From IMG/VR virus record IMGVR_UViG_3300032086_002076, positions 10,351 to 74,350 of that record: a stretch of DNA of 64,000 bases. One strand, 5' to 3'. Below, one piece after another: positions 26,239 to 34,613 of the stretch; position 1 is the first letter of the stretch; each line of letters begins with the position of its first letter. This DNA comes from a virus. Lineage: Duplodnaviria; Heunggongvirae; Uroviricota; Caudoviricetes. The translations under genes and the position numbers were made by a program. The notes below the pieces were generated by a model. The model saw nothing but the letters and a program-made list of their open reading frames with translations. It searched no databases and was not told the origin of the DNA.

Positions 26239-27977
26239 TGTACATTAACCCATTAACACAAAAAGACGGATACAAGGTAGACCACAGAAGACAATACCCT
26301 GAAGGTTCTAATCAAGTCTACACAAACAATACACATCGTTCTGATAAATTAGGTAAGTACCTAAAAGATTATTGGGAAGGTAAAATCACACACTATGGAC
26401 TAAACGCTTTTGTTCAATGGTTCTTAATTGATACATGGAATAATAACTTTTTCAACCTAGATAAAGATACAGTGGTAAGGTCTTATAAAAGAAGAATTGA
26501 TAACTACTTAGGGAAAGACGCAATAACAGTAGAGCACATTGAAGAGCTACATGACTTAGGTTATTTACCAATTGTAATTAAAAGTTTACCAGAAGGTTCA
26601 CAAGTCCCTATTGGTGTACCTACTTTCACAATTACCAATACTTTACCTGAGTTTTTCTGGTTACCTAATTTCTTAGAAACTGCTATTAGTTCAGAAGTTT
26701 GGAAACCTACTGTGATAGCTACAGTAGCTAACCAATATAGAAAACTACTAACTAAGTTTGCAGAAGAAACAGGTACTCCTACTGACTTTGTTGCTATACA
26801 AGGGCATGATTTCTCAGCTAGAGGTATGTCTGGATTACATGATGCAGGTTCTTCAGGTTCTGGACATCTTACATCTTTTGTAGGAACAGATACTATTGCA
26901 TCTATAGATTATGTAGAAAGATATTTACAAGCAAACTCAGATGAAGAGTTAGTCGCTTGTTCAGTACCTGCTACAGAACACTCTGTTATGTGTATGGGTT
27001 CTTATGAAGATGAGTTAGGTACTTTTAAAAGGTTAATCACAGAAGTTTACCCCAAAGGTGTTGTCAGTATTGTAAGCGATACTTGGGATTTTTGGAAGGT
27101 TATCACAGAGTATACTAAAACTCTTAAACAAGAGATTTTAAACAGAGAAGTTAATGAAATAGGTTTAGCTAAAACAGTATTCAGACCAGACAGTGGTGAC
27201 CCTGTTGAAATACTTTGTGGTATTAAAGCTAAAACTGTAAACTATACTGAAGACTTTGAAGAATGGAAAAAGTGGGTAGCAGAAGATATAAATGACACTT
27301 TTTGTAATGAACTAGTTGCAGAAGAACCTCATTTTGGTATGGATGATTTATACTCTTTTAATGGTAAGTATTTTAAAGTAACATATTCACCGGAGTTAAA
27401 TAGACATGATAAAACATACTACTACGTAGATAATTGGAAAGATACTGTAACCTATTGTACTTTTGAAGAGGTAGAAATGACTCCTGAGAAAAAAGGTGCT
27501 GTAGAAAGCTTATGGGATATCTTTGGAGGAACAGTAACAGAAGAAGGTTACAAACTACTTAACGAAAGAGTAGGTTTAATCTACGGAGATGCTATTACTC
27601 TAGAAAGAGCACAAGAAATTCTAGAAAGATTAAAAGAGAAAGGTTTTGCTTCAGGTAATGTAGTGTTTGGTATTGGTTCTTATACTTACCAGTTTAATAC
27701 TAGAGATACTTTTGGTATGGCTCTTAAAGCTACTTATGGGGAAGTTGATGGACAGGGTAGAGAGCTTTTTAAAGACCCTATCACTGACTCAGGAACCAAG
27801 AAATCTGCTAAAGGTTTACTAAAAGTAGATAAAGATGAAAATGGAGATTTTATTCTTGTACAAGGTGTTTCTAAAGAAGAAGAGAAAGAAGGAGAGCTTA
27901 AAGAAATCTTTAGAGATGGTAAGTTATTAATAAAAGAAAAACTATCAGATATCAGACAAAGAGTTTTGGAGGGTTAG
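26238..27977 (+). CDS. nicotinamide phosphoribosyltransferase (Nampt/NadV)-like enzyme; candidate Namat of NARP1
   Basis: 579-aa protein with a Nampt-family look (MYINPLTQKDGYKVDH..., GTDT..., conserved central region); ATGA overlap with the Prs-like gene. Confidence 0.6.
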   Translation: MYINPLTQKDGYKVDHRRQYPEGSNQVYTNNTHRSDKLGKYLKDYWEGKITHYGLNAFVQWFLIDTWNNNFFNLDKDTVVRSYKRRIDNYLGKDAITVEHIEELHDLGYLPIVIKSLPEGSQVPIGVPTFTITNTLPEFFWLPNFLETAISSEVWKPTVIATVANQYRKLLTKFAEETGTPTDFVAIQGHDFSARGMSGLHDAGSSGSGHLTSFVGTDTIASIDYVERYLQANSDEELVACSVPATEHSVMCMGSYEDELGTFKRLITEVYPKGVVSIVSDTWDFWKVITEYTKTLKQEILNREVNEIGLAKTVFRPDSGDPVEILCGIKAKTVNYTEDFEEWKKWVAEDINDTFCNELVAEEPHFGMDDLYSFNGKYFKVTYSPELNRHDKTYYYVDNWKDTVTYCTFEEVEMTPEKKGAVESLWDIFGGTVTEEGYKLLNERVGLIYGDAITLERAQEILERLKEKGFASGNVVFGIGSYTYQFNTRDTFGMALKATYGEVDGQGRELFKDPITDSGTKKSAKGLLKVDKDENGDFILVQGVSKEEEKEGELKEIFRDGKLLIKEKLSDIRQRVLEG

Positions 27978-28226
27978 ATGGTTTTAAGAGTAAGGTTTAG
28001 AGCAAATCAAGAAGATTACAGACCTGTTAAATGGCCTATAAAGTACCCTTATTGGTGTACAGGTGAAGATGAAACACACAGTATACTAGTCGCTTATGTA
28101 GAGTCTTTAGATGAATTATACGCTCTTTGGCCTGAAGCTGAAGATTTAGATGTAGAGGAACGTGATAAACTTACTTTTACAGATAGGTTCACAAAACCAG
28201 ATTGGTATTTAGAGGAGGTAAAATGA
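27978..28226 (+). CDS. hypothetical protein
   Basis: 82-aa ORF, tightly packed. Confidence 0.45.
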   Translation: MVLRVRFRANQEDYRPVKWPIKYPYWCTGEDETHSILVAYVESLDELYALWPEAEDLDVEERDKLTFTDRFTKPDWYLEEVK

Positions 28227-28996
28227 TTATAGGTATAGCAGCAAAAGCTAGGAGTGGTAAAGATACTTTCTTAGACTTTCTAATAGAAAGACATAGAGAG
28301 TTAGGAAATGATTATCATAAGAAATTTGTAAAACATCCCTTTGCAGCACCTTTGAAAGATTTTTGTGATGAAATGTTAGGTTTCACACAAGAACACAGAG
28401 AAGGTTCTTTAAAAGAAACTGTAGGTTTATTCCCTATTGATTTTGGTAATTTAAGAGATTTAATTATAAAACACTTTGGGAAACACCCTACAAAACCTGT
28501 AGACAGGAAATCTTCTACTAAAATACACCAAGCAATAATAGAAGTTTTTTGGGATAATTTGTTTTGTAAAGTCAATTCTTCTCAAAACTATTTACACGTA
28601 TCACCTAGAGAAGTTTATCAAAAAGTAGGTACAGAGGTCATGAGAGAAAACCACTTAGATTCTTTCTGGATTGATTACTTACAACAATACGATTTAAGTA
28701 CAACTATTGTTGGTGTACCAGATGTTAGGTTTGAGAACGAAGTTAAGATAATTAGAAAACTAGGTGGACAAATTACTCACCTAGAGAGACCTAATGTGGT
28801 ATCTGTAGCAAATCATTCTAGTGAAAATGGTGTTAGTATTATTGAAGATGATATTATCATAGTTAATGAAGGTTCTCTTGAAGACTTCAGGGAAAAGGCT
28901 GTATTTTTTTACAACAACGAGATAGAGGTACTGTGTGGTAAGGAAGAGAAAGAAGAAGAAGTACGTAGAGAAAGAAGCGGGGATATTTATTGGTAA
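28223..28996 (+). CDS. deoxynucleoside monophosphate kinase (T4 gp1-like)
   Basis: GIAAKARSGKDTF matches T4 gp1 SGVKRSGKDT; also PLKD and PDVRFENE. Start set at the ATG after RBS gaggaggt. Confidence 0.6.
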   Translation: MIIGIAAKARSGKDTFLDFLIERHRELGNDYHKKFVKHPFAAPLKDFCDEMLGFTQEHREGSLKETVGLFPIDFGNLRDLIIKHFGKHPTKPVDRKSSTKIHQAIIEVFWDNLFCKVNSSQNYLHVSPREVYQKVGTEVMRENHLDSFWIDYLQQYDLSTTIVGVPDVRFENEVKIIRKLGGQITHLERPNVVSVANHSSENGVSIIEDDIIIVNEGSLEDFREKAVFFYNNEIEVLCGKEEKEEEVRRERSGDIYW

Positions 28997-30881
28997 AACC
29001 AATTGTCCAAGTTGTGAAAGTCTTGATAACCTAGCTGTATATGAACACGAAGATGGTAGCCACAGTGCTACCTGCTTTGGTGAGACTTGTAGAAAGAGTT
29101 ATGTAGATTGGGATTATAAAAACAATAAAGCTATTAGTGTAGAGAGGAAAACTGAATATGAGGAAGACGATTTTATGGGGGTAGGTTTACCTACTCTCGA
29201 AGAGGTGAGAGACGATAGAATCTCTGTTAAACTTAATGATAGAAAAATTAAAGAAAGTGTATGTGAACTTTACGGGGTAAAAGTAGAACTCAACGAAGAT
29301 GGTGAGACAGTCGATAGACATTACTACCCAACATACAGAAAGAAACAACATGTAGGTTACAGAGTACGTTCTAGGTTTGAAGAAGGAGATAAAGAGGTAG
29401 AGAAAAAACCTAAACTCTTAGGTGTTCTTAAAAATTTCAAAGGTACTATAGGTGATACTAAAAAAGGTATTGAACTTTTTGGTCAACATTTATTTTCACC
29501 AGAAAAACATAAAAGACTATTTATCACAGAAGGTGAATTAGATGCAATGGTTGGTTATCAAGCTACAGAAGCTGGTGCTCAAAACATAGAAGGGGGTTAT
29601 GCTTTTGTATCTCTTCCTTCAGGTGCAAATATAGCAGGTTTAAAACCACAACTAGAGTATATCAATAAGTTTGAGGAGATTTATTTATGTTACGATAACG
29701 ATGAAGCAGGTAAATCTATTCTTGAGAAATCATTAAAGATTTTACCAGCAGGTAAAGTTAGAATAATGAAGTACCCTAAAGGTATCAAAGATATCAATGA
29801 TTGGTGGTTATCTTGTAAAACTAAACAGGAGAGAATGAATTTTCCTAAGAAGTTTTATAATAATATATGGAAATCAGAAAAGTATTCGCCAGCAGGTATC
29901 AAAAGTTTATCAGAAGGTTGGGGAGATTATATTCAAAGAGGTAAAGAAACACTAATACCTTTTCCTGCAAGTTTTGGAGATATGAATAAAAGAACTCATG
30001 GAGGTTATGCTTTAGGAGAGATTCTAACTATAGCGGCTCCTTCTTCTGTAGGTAAGTCTAGTTTTGTTAAAGAGATGATATACACAGCTTTGACAGAGAC
30101 AGACTACAATATAGGTATTTGTTCTTTTGAGGAAACGTTAGGGGAGTTTATTGAGGGTTTCTTAAGTGTACATATGAGTGAACAACTTAATGAGATACCT
30201 TACGATAAGAGAGACAGAGATAAGGAATGGACAGAGTTTAATAAACTAATAACAATGGGTAAATCTGATGAAGAAGTAGAGGAAGAAGGTTCTTTTGCAG
30301 ACAGAGTACATTACTTAGACCACCAAGGTTCTTGTGACGGAGACGAGTTACTAGAAAAGATAGACTTCTTAATCAATGGACTAGATTGTAAAATTATCTT
30401 TGTAGACCCTGTTACGTTAGCACTAGCTAATACTGATATGGAAGAAGACGAGTTTACAGCAGTTTTAGTTAAAAAGGTTAAGAAGGAGAATATCGCTTGG
30501 GTTAATATTCACCATGTCAGAAAGAACGCTGGAGGTTCTAAAGCTAACTCTGAGGGTGGTGATATGGCTGAAGAAGACATCAAAGGTAGTGGTTCTTGGT
30601 TCCAAACATCTATGATTAATATGTTATTGATGAGAAATAAGGTACATACTAACCCTATTGTTAGAAATACTACTACAATTAAGATGAGTAAGTGTAGAAG
30701 ACATGGTAAGAATACAGGGATAGCGGGTTATACCTTCTATAACGGTGATACAGGACGTTTAGAACTAGGGGTTAACCCAGAAGACTACTTAGATGATGAC
30801 GTAGATACAGACCACACGTTTGACCATGAGGAGCTACCTGATTCCTTTGTTGATGAGTGGCACAGGGGTGAAGAAAGTTAA
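28935..30881 (+). CDS. bifunctional DNA primase/helicase (T7 gp4-like: Zn-ribbon + TOPRIM + DnaB-family helicase)
   Basis: Zinc ribbon CPSCES..C..C; TOPRIM ITEGELDAM; Walker A AAPSSVGKSS; helicase motif HHVRK. The exact start is uncertain because of a 62-nt overlap with the upstream gene. Confidence 0.65.
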   Translation: MVRKRKKKKYVEKEAGIFIGKTNCPSCESLDNLAVYEHEDGSHSATCFGETCRKSYVDWDYKNNKAISVERKTEYEEDDFMGVGLPTLEEVRDDRISVKLNDRKIKESVCELYGVKVELNEDGETVDRHYYPTYRKKQHVGYRVRSRFEEGDKEVEKKPKLLGVLKNFKGTIGDTKKGIELFGQHLFSPEKHKRLFITEGELDAMVGYQATEAGAQNIEGGYAFVSLPSGANIAGLKPQLEYINKFEEIYLCYDNDEAGKSILEKSLKILPAGKVRIMKYPKGIKDINDWWLSCKTKQERMNFPKKFYNNIWKSEKYSPAGIKSLSEGWGDYIQRGKETLIPFPASFGDMNKRTHGGYALGEILTIAAPSSVGKSSFVKEMIYTALTETDYNIGICSFEETLGEFIEGFLSVHMSEQLNEIPYDKRDRDKEWTEFNKLITMGKSDEEVEEEGSFADRVHYLDHQGSCDGDELLEKIDFLINGLDCKIIFVDPVTLALANTDMEEDEFTAVLVKKVKKENIAWVNIHHVRKNAGGSKANSEGGDMAEEDIKGSGSWFQTSMINMLLMRNKVHTNPIVRNTTTIKMSKCRRHGKNTGIAGYTFYNGDTGRLELGVNPEDYLDDDVDTDHTFDHEELPDSFVDEWHRGEES

Positions 30882-30882
30882 T

Positions 30883-30911
30883 TTGACATAATCTGAAACC
30901 TGTGGTACAAT
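30883..30911 (+). promoter_or_regulatory. sigma70-like promoter TTGACA-N17-TACAAT
   Basis: TTGACAtaatctgaaacctgtggTACAAT. Confidence 0.55.
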
Positions 30912-30971
30912 GTTTGGTTCCCTCTTTGACGTATATTAAGAGGGGATTAAACTAAAGGAGTAATAAAAAAC

Positions 30972-31403
30972 ATGTTTTATATATTAGAAACTGCCTTAAA
31001 CTTGATTTGGAAAGGTTTAACAGCCTTTTTTATACTTTGGGTACTATTTGTTAATGGTATGCTAATTATCAAGAGACAGGATGAGATACCTGAGAAATAT
31101 CACAATTTCTTTAAGGTTATCATAGGTTTATCTTTCTTATGGGATGTTTTAGTTAACATCACAGTAGGTGCAGCGGTGTTTGGTAAAGAAAAAGCTTGGG
31201 ACTTTAAAGGTGCTCATGCTAGGTATTTACCTACACTTACCGAGACTTTAAGATTTACCTTAAGAACTTATGCTAAAGACCACTGGAGGTATAAACTAGC
31301 TGACTTTATTTGTGTTTGGTTAGTAGAACCTTATGATGAAGGTCATTGTAGTATAGAAGAAGCTGAAAAAACTTATAGACAAAACTTTAAAATGTTTGTA
31401 TAA
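30972..31403 (+). CDS. membrane protein (2-3 TM segments)
   Basis: 143-aa ORF with hydrophobic segments; lies upstream of the SPFH gene. Confidence 0.5.
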   Translation: MFYILETALNLIWKGLTAFFILWVLFVNGMLIIKRQDEIPEKYHNFFKVIIGLSFLWDVLVNITVGAAVFGKEKAWDFKGAHARYLPTLTETLRFTLRTYAKDHWRYKLADFICVWLVEPYDEGHCSIEEAEKTYRQNFKMFV

Positions 31404-31528
31404 TACAGTTTCTTAAGTAGTAAAGGGGTTTCACAGATAATATTAAATAATGGTTGATTTTAATATTCAAGTAGTATAAAATAGAGTCTGTGAAACACTA
31501 ACATTAATAATATTTTGGAGGAAAATAT

Positions 31529-32494
31529 ATGAAAAACTTTTTTAATTATTTTAAAAGCACGACAGTTACTAAAAGAGGTTACGATGGAAAATATGAAGAA
31601 GAGGTTGTAAGATTAAACTTTGCAAAAGTAACAATACATAGTGTGTTAGCTGTGTTACTCTTAATTCTAACACTAAATTCATACACAACAGTTCCAGCAG
31701 GTCATGTAAAAGTTCAAACACTGTTTGGTAAGGTCGTTGATGAAGAGCTTACAGAAGGTTTTCATATAGTTAACCCATTAGCAGATTTTAAAGTTTTTGA
31801 CTTGAGAGACACAACCGTTGATATTGAAAATATCATGATTCCAGCACAAGACAAGTTAAAGACTGACTTTGATGTTAGTTTAGTTTTAAAATTTGATGGG
31901 AATATGGCCTCAGACCTTTTAGGGGAAGTTGGACCTCAAGAGAAAGTTATTAACGATATTGTGGTTAAGAAAATAAGGTCGTTACTTAGAGAAACAGGAA
32001 AAAGTGTACAGAAATCACAGGACTTTTTCTTGGAAACTGTTCAGGTAGAGTTACAACAAAATGTAAAAGATGACCTTAATGAATATCTAAGAAAATACCA
32101 TATCAATATTGAAGCAGTACTGTTTAGAGATATAACATTACCTAAATTGATTACTAATGCGATTAATCAAACTAAACAGAGACAAGAAGAGATTGAACAA
32201 GAGAAAGCTAAACTTGATATTATTGAACAACAAGCCCAACAACAAGTGGTACAAGCTAAAGCTAAAGAAGATGCGGCTATCTCAGAAGCTAATGCTAAAA
32301 GGACATTAGCAGACGCTAGAGCTTATGAAATTGAAACAGTAGCACAATCTACAGCAAAAGGTAATAAACTGGTTAACAAAACTTTAACTAAAGACCTCAT
32401 TGAAACCCAACGTATTGATAAATGGGATGGAAAATACCCTACAACAATTATGGGAGAGAGCGCCGGAGTGTTGTTAAACCTTCCAAACAAATAG
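31529..32494 (+). CDS. SPFH/band-7 (prohibitin/HflKC-like) membrane protein with C-terminal coiled coil
   Basis: N-terminal TM segment followed by the SPFH-like core (VKVQTLFGKVV..., FHIVNPL...) and a Q/A/E-rich coiled coil. Confidence 0.55.
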   Translation: MKNFFNYFKSTTVTKRGYDGKYEEEVVRLNFAKVTIHSVLAVLLLILTLNSYTTVPAGHVKVQTLFGKVVDEELTEGFHIVNPLADFKVFDLRDTTVDIENIMIPAQDKLKTDFDVSLVLKFDGNMASDLLGEVGPQEKVINDIVVKKIRSLLRETGKSVQKSQDFFLETVQVELQQNVKDDLNEYLRKYHINIEAVLFRDITLPKLITNAINQTKQRQEEIEQEKAKLDIIEQQAQQQVVQAKAKEDAAISEANAKRTLADARAYEIETVAQSTAKGNKLVNKTLTKDLIETQRIDKWDGKYPTTIMGESAGVLLNLPNK

Positions 32495-32555
32495 AATAAG
32501 AAGTCCTTACCTTGTAGATTAACACTAAAAGGGTTAAAAAAATATAAAATAGATG

Positions 32556-32584
32556 TTGACTTAAAGAACCCATAAGTTCATAAT
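32556..32584 (+). promoter_or_regulatory. sigma70-like promoter TTGACT-N17-CATAAT
   Basis: TTGACTtaaagaacccataagttCATAAT. Confidence 0.45.
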
Positions 32585-32620
32585 ATACATTGTAAGGGTA
32601 ACTTCTCAAAAGGGGGAAAA

Positions 32621-32872
32621 ATGGCAGCTACTAAAGAAATAACATGCGCTTGCGGTTGTGGTAGAAAGAAGCAAGTAAGATTGTCAGATATTAAAAGAGG
32701 TTGGGGTAAGTTTTACAGTAAATCTTGTAAAGCAAAACGCCAAGAAAGAAGAACCGGACAATATAAAAATTATCTTTATTACAAAAATAATGGTGGGTCT
32801 TTCTTTAGAGGTAGAGGGGGTGAATTCCACCAAGCACACCTTTATAGTAATGAAGATTGTCATGATTTTTAA
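32621..32872 (+). CDS. small basic Cys-rich protein
   Basis: 83-aa ORF with CACGCG..C motif and RBS aaggggg. Confidence 0.45.
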   Translation: MAATKEITCACGCGRKKQVRLSDIKRGWGKFYSKSCKAKRQERRTGQYKNYLYYKNNGGSFFRGRGGEFHQAHLYSNEDCHDF

Positions 32873-33035
32873 AAAATAATATTAGACATACCATCACTAA
32901 GTACGGGTGTTCGAAGTCACCATAAGAGAATGTATAATGTCTCAACTGGACGTCTTTGTAGTTACAGGAAACTCTTGTACGCTCACTGTAAGAGTAAGGA
33001 GAGTGGAGATGGTAGCTCTAATATTATTTAATAAA

Positions 33036-33112
33036 CTCCTGTTAGCTCAACTGGATAGAGCACAAGATTTCTACTCTTGGTGTTGGAGGTTCGAATCCTC
33101 TGCGGGAGGCCA
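33036..33112 (+). tRNA. tRNA-Arg (anticodon TCT), CCA encoded
   Basis: Manual cloverleaf: acceptor ctcctgt/gcgggag, D-arm gctc-aactggata-gagc, anticodon stem caaga/tcttg with loop ttTCTac, T-arm ggagg-ttcgaat-cctct, discriminator g, then cca. Confidence 0.7.
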
Positions 33113-33214
33113 ATTTTTTAGGTTACAACGTGTTGCTGGAACAGGTATACAGGGGTGTGGTCATAAGTCAATATGGATGGGGTTGTAAATTCTAATAGCA
33201 ACTTCCTAGCTCAA

Positions 33215-33287
33215 GACAGAAACCACCTTAGTGTTAACAGCTAGACGTAATTCACTTATAAGGGTTCGAGTCCCTTACATGTTGTAA
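33215..33287 (+). other. tRNA-like element (T-arm aaggg-ttcgagt-ccctt); full cloverleaf not resolved
   Basis: Perfect T-arm at 33260-33276 but no convincing acceptor pairing; immediately followed by the repeated aattttatttaagaggta module. Confidence 0.3.
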
Positions 33288-33290
33288 TCT

Positions 33291-33308
33291 AATTTTATTT
33301 AAGAGGTA
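33291..33308 (+). repeat. duplicated RBS/UTR module aattttatttaagaggta (copy 1)
   Basis: The identical 18-mer recurs at 33781-33798, each between a tRNA-like element and a small ORF. Confidence 0.55.
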
Positions 33309-33314
33309 ATTACA

Positions 33315-33545
33315 GTGAGAAGGTATGCGTTATTAAGAAGACATAAAGACGGTAGAATATCCGCTATGATTGACTCAGCGTATTGTATGAAATGGTCTTA
33401 TGATAAGGCATATTTGTGGAGAAGTCCACCAGTGCATTATAAAGATAATACAAGTTTCATAGTGAGAGTAGGGAGTAAAAATTGTCCTATAAAAGTAACA
33501 AAAGGTTTAAAATGTAATAATGATTTTATAAAGCGTAGCACGTAG
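33315..33545 (+). CDS. small basic hypothetical protein (GTG start)
   Basis: 76-aa ORF following the repeated UTR module. Confidence 0.35.
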   Translation: MRRYALLRRHKDGRISAMIDSAYCMKWSYDKAYLWRSPPVHYKDNTSFIVRVGSKNCPIKVTKGLKCNNDFIKRST

Positions 33546-33699
33546 GAGTGATATACTATTGAGCGTGATTGGACGTGATTTTAGAGACTTAGCGGTTATC
33601 TAAAATATATGCAGCCATTAACAAACGAAGTTGTAGAGAGAGTGTTAAGGTTAATTAACATAATTTTAAGAAAGTTTGTTATCATTTTGGAGAGCCTAG

Positions 33700-33780
33700 G
33701 TTCTTAGTTTTAACCAGCGCCCTAGGTAAGTAAATGACTGTTCAGGTATCGAGAAGGTTTGAGTCCTTCCCTACGCATCC
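33700..33780 (+). other. tRNA-like element (T-arm gaagg-tttgagt-ccttc); unresolved
   Basis: T-arm at 33753-33769, followed by the second copy of aattttatttaagaggta. Confidence 0.3.
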
Positions 33781-33804
33781 AATTTTATTTAAGAGGTAGT
33801 AACA

Positions 33805-34020
33805 ATGTCAGAACTTATAGAAGTTTGTCCCATTTGTGAATGGGGTGTGTTAGAAAGTAAAGTTGAAAGTAATGAAGTTACTTACAAAAATGTAACTAAA
33901 AACATTCCTCTTTATTACTCTGTATGTGATTTCTGTGAAATGGAACAAGCAGATAATAAGCAAACAAACCTTAACAAATTAGAAATGATAAAATTTAGAG
34001 AAGAAGTAGACAGTATTTAA
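33805..34020 (+). CDS. YgiT/MqsA-type zinc-ribbon protein (no HTH domain)
   Basis: CPICEWGVLESKVESNEVTYKNVTKNIPLYYSVCDFCEMEQ parallels the MqsA N-terminal zinc finger (CPxC..G.....Y......C..CEE). Confidence 0.4.
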   Translation: MSELIEVCPICEWGVLESKVESNEVTYKNVTKNIPLYYSVCDFCEMEQADNKQTNLNKLEMIKFREEVDSI

Positions 34021-34279
34021 AAAAAAGTAATGACCCTAAAACCTAAGAACGGTTCACTAGCCTGTATATTTGCGGGTGTATAGGTCGCAGAGACGCCAAA
34101 TCGTGATATCAATTCTGGAGGGTGGTGATTTTAACTAAGATTGTTAGTAGTGTTTCTACCGCAAGGAACGGAAAACAGTTGGACATTATTATTGAGGAGT
34201 TCGAGACTCTACTAGGGTTACCATATTTAAATCTAGAACTATTAGAACTAGTTCCTTCTGCAAAGCCTTATGAAAGTTT

Positions 34280-34362
34280 GCAAACATACAGGTAACTACA
34301 GTTAACGGTGGTAACTTGAAATATTCTTATTGGATTACTAGGTTCGACTCCTAGGAGAAGAC
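34280..34362 (+). other. tRNA-like element (T-arm ctagg-ttcgact-cctag and D-arm-like agtta-acggtgg-taact); unresolved
   Basis: Good T-arm at 34338-34354; the acceptor stem could not be paired. Confidence 0.3.
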
Positions 34363-34412
34363 ATAAGGTGAAGGTACTAGTATTAATAGTTTTTTATATT
34401 AGGAGGTGTAAG

Positions 34413-34613
34413 ATGGCATTAAAAGAAGTTAAATACAGAGTTTTTTATACAGAATATGAGGCTGGTTGGGGTTCTAGACCAGATGGTTATAAAGATTTTG
34501 ACGAAGAAGAAGATGCAAAAAAACATGTGAAAGAATTCAATAGTTTTAATGACCAACTAAAAACACCAGATTGGTACATGGTTGCTTCTGAACCTAAAGA
34601 GGTTATTTTATAA
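34413..34613 (+). CDS. hypothetical small acidic protein
   Basis: Start trimmed to the ATG after RBS taggaggtg (MALKEVKYRV...). Confidence 0.45.
   Translation: MALKEVKYRVFYTEYEAGWGSRPDGYKDFDEEEDAKKHVKEFNSFNDQLKTPDWYMVASEPKEVIL

Noticed and set aside
32907-33188. 93-aa plus-strand ORF from the six-frame track
   Set aside because: It overlaps the well-folding tRNA-Arg(TCT) at 33036-33112, lacks an RBS, and has a low-complexity product; treated as spurious.
34040-34215. Additional tRNA-like segments (gcgggtgtataggtcgcagag..., gaggagttcgagactct)
   Set aside because: Only partial T-arm-like matches (4/5 bp) and no consistent cloverleaf were found by manual folding. A proper tRNA-finder run is needed.
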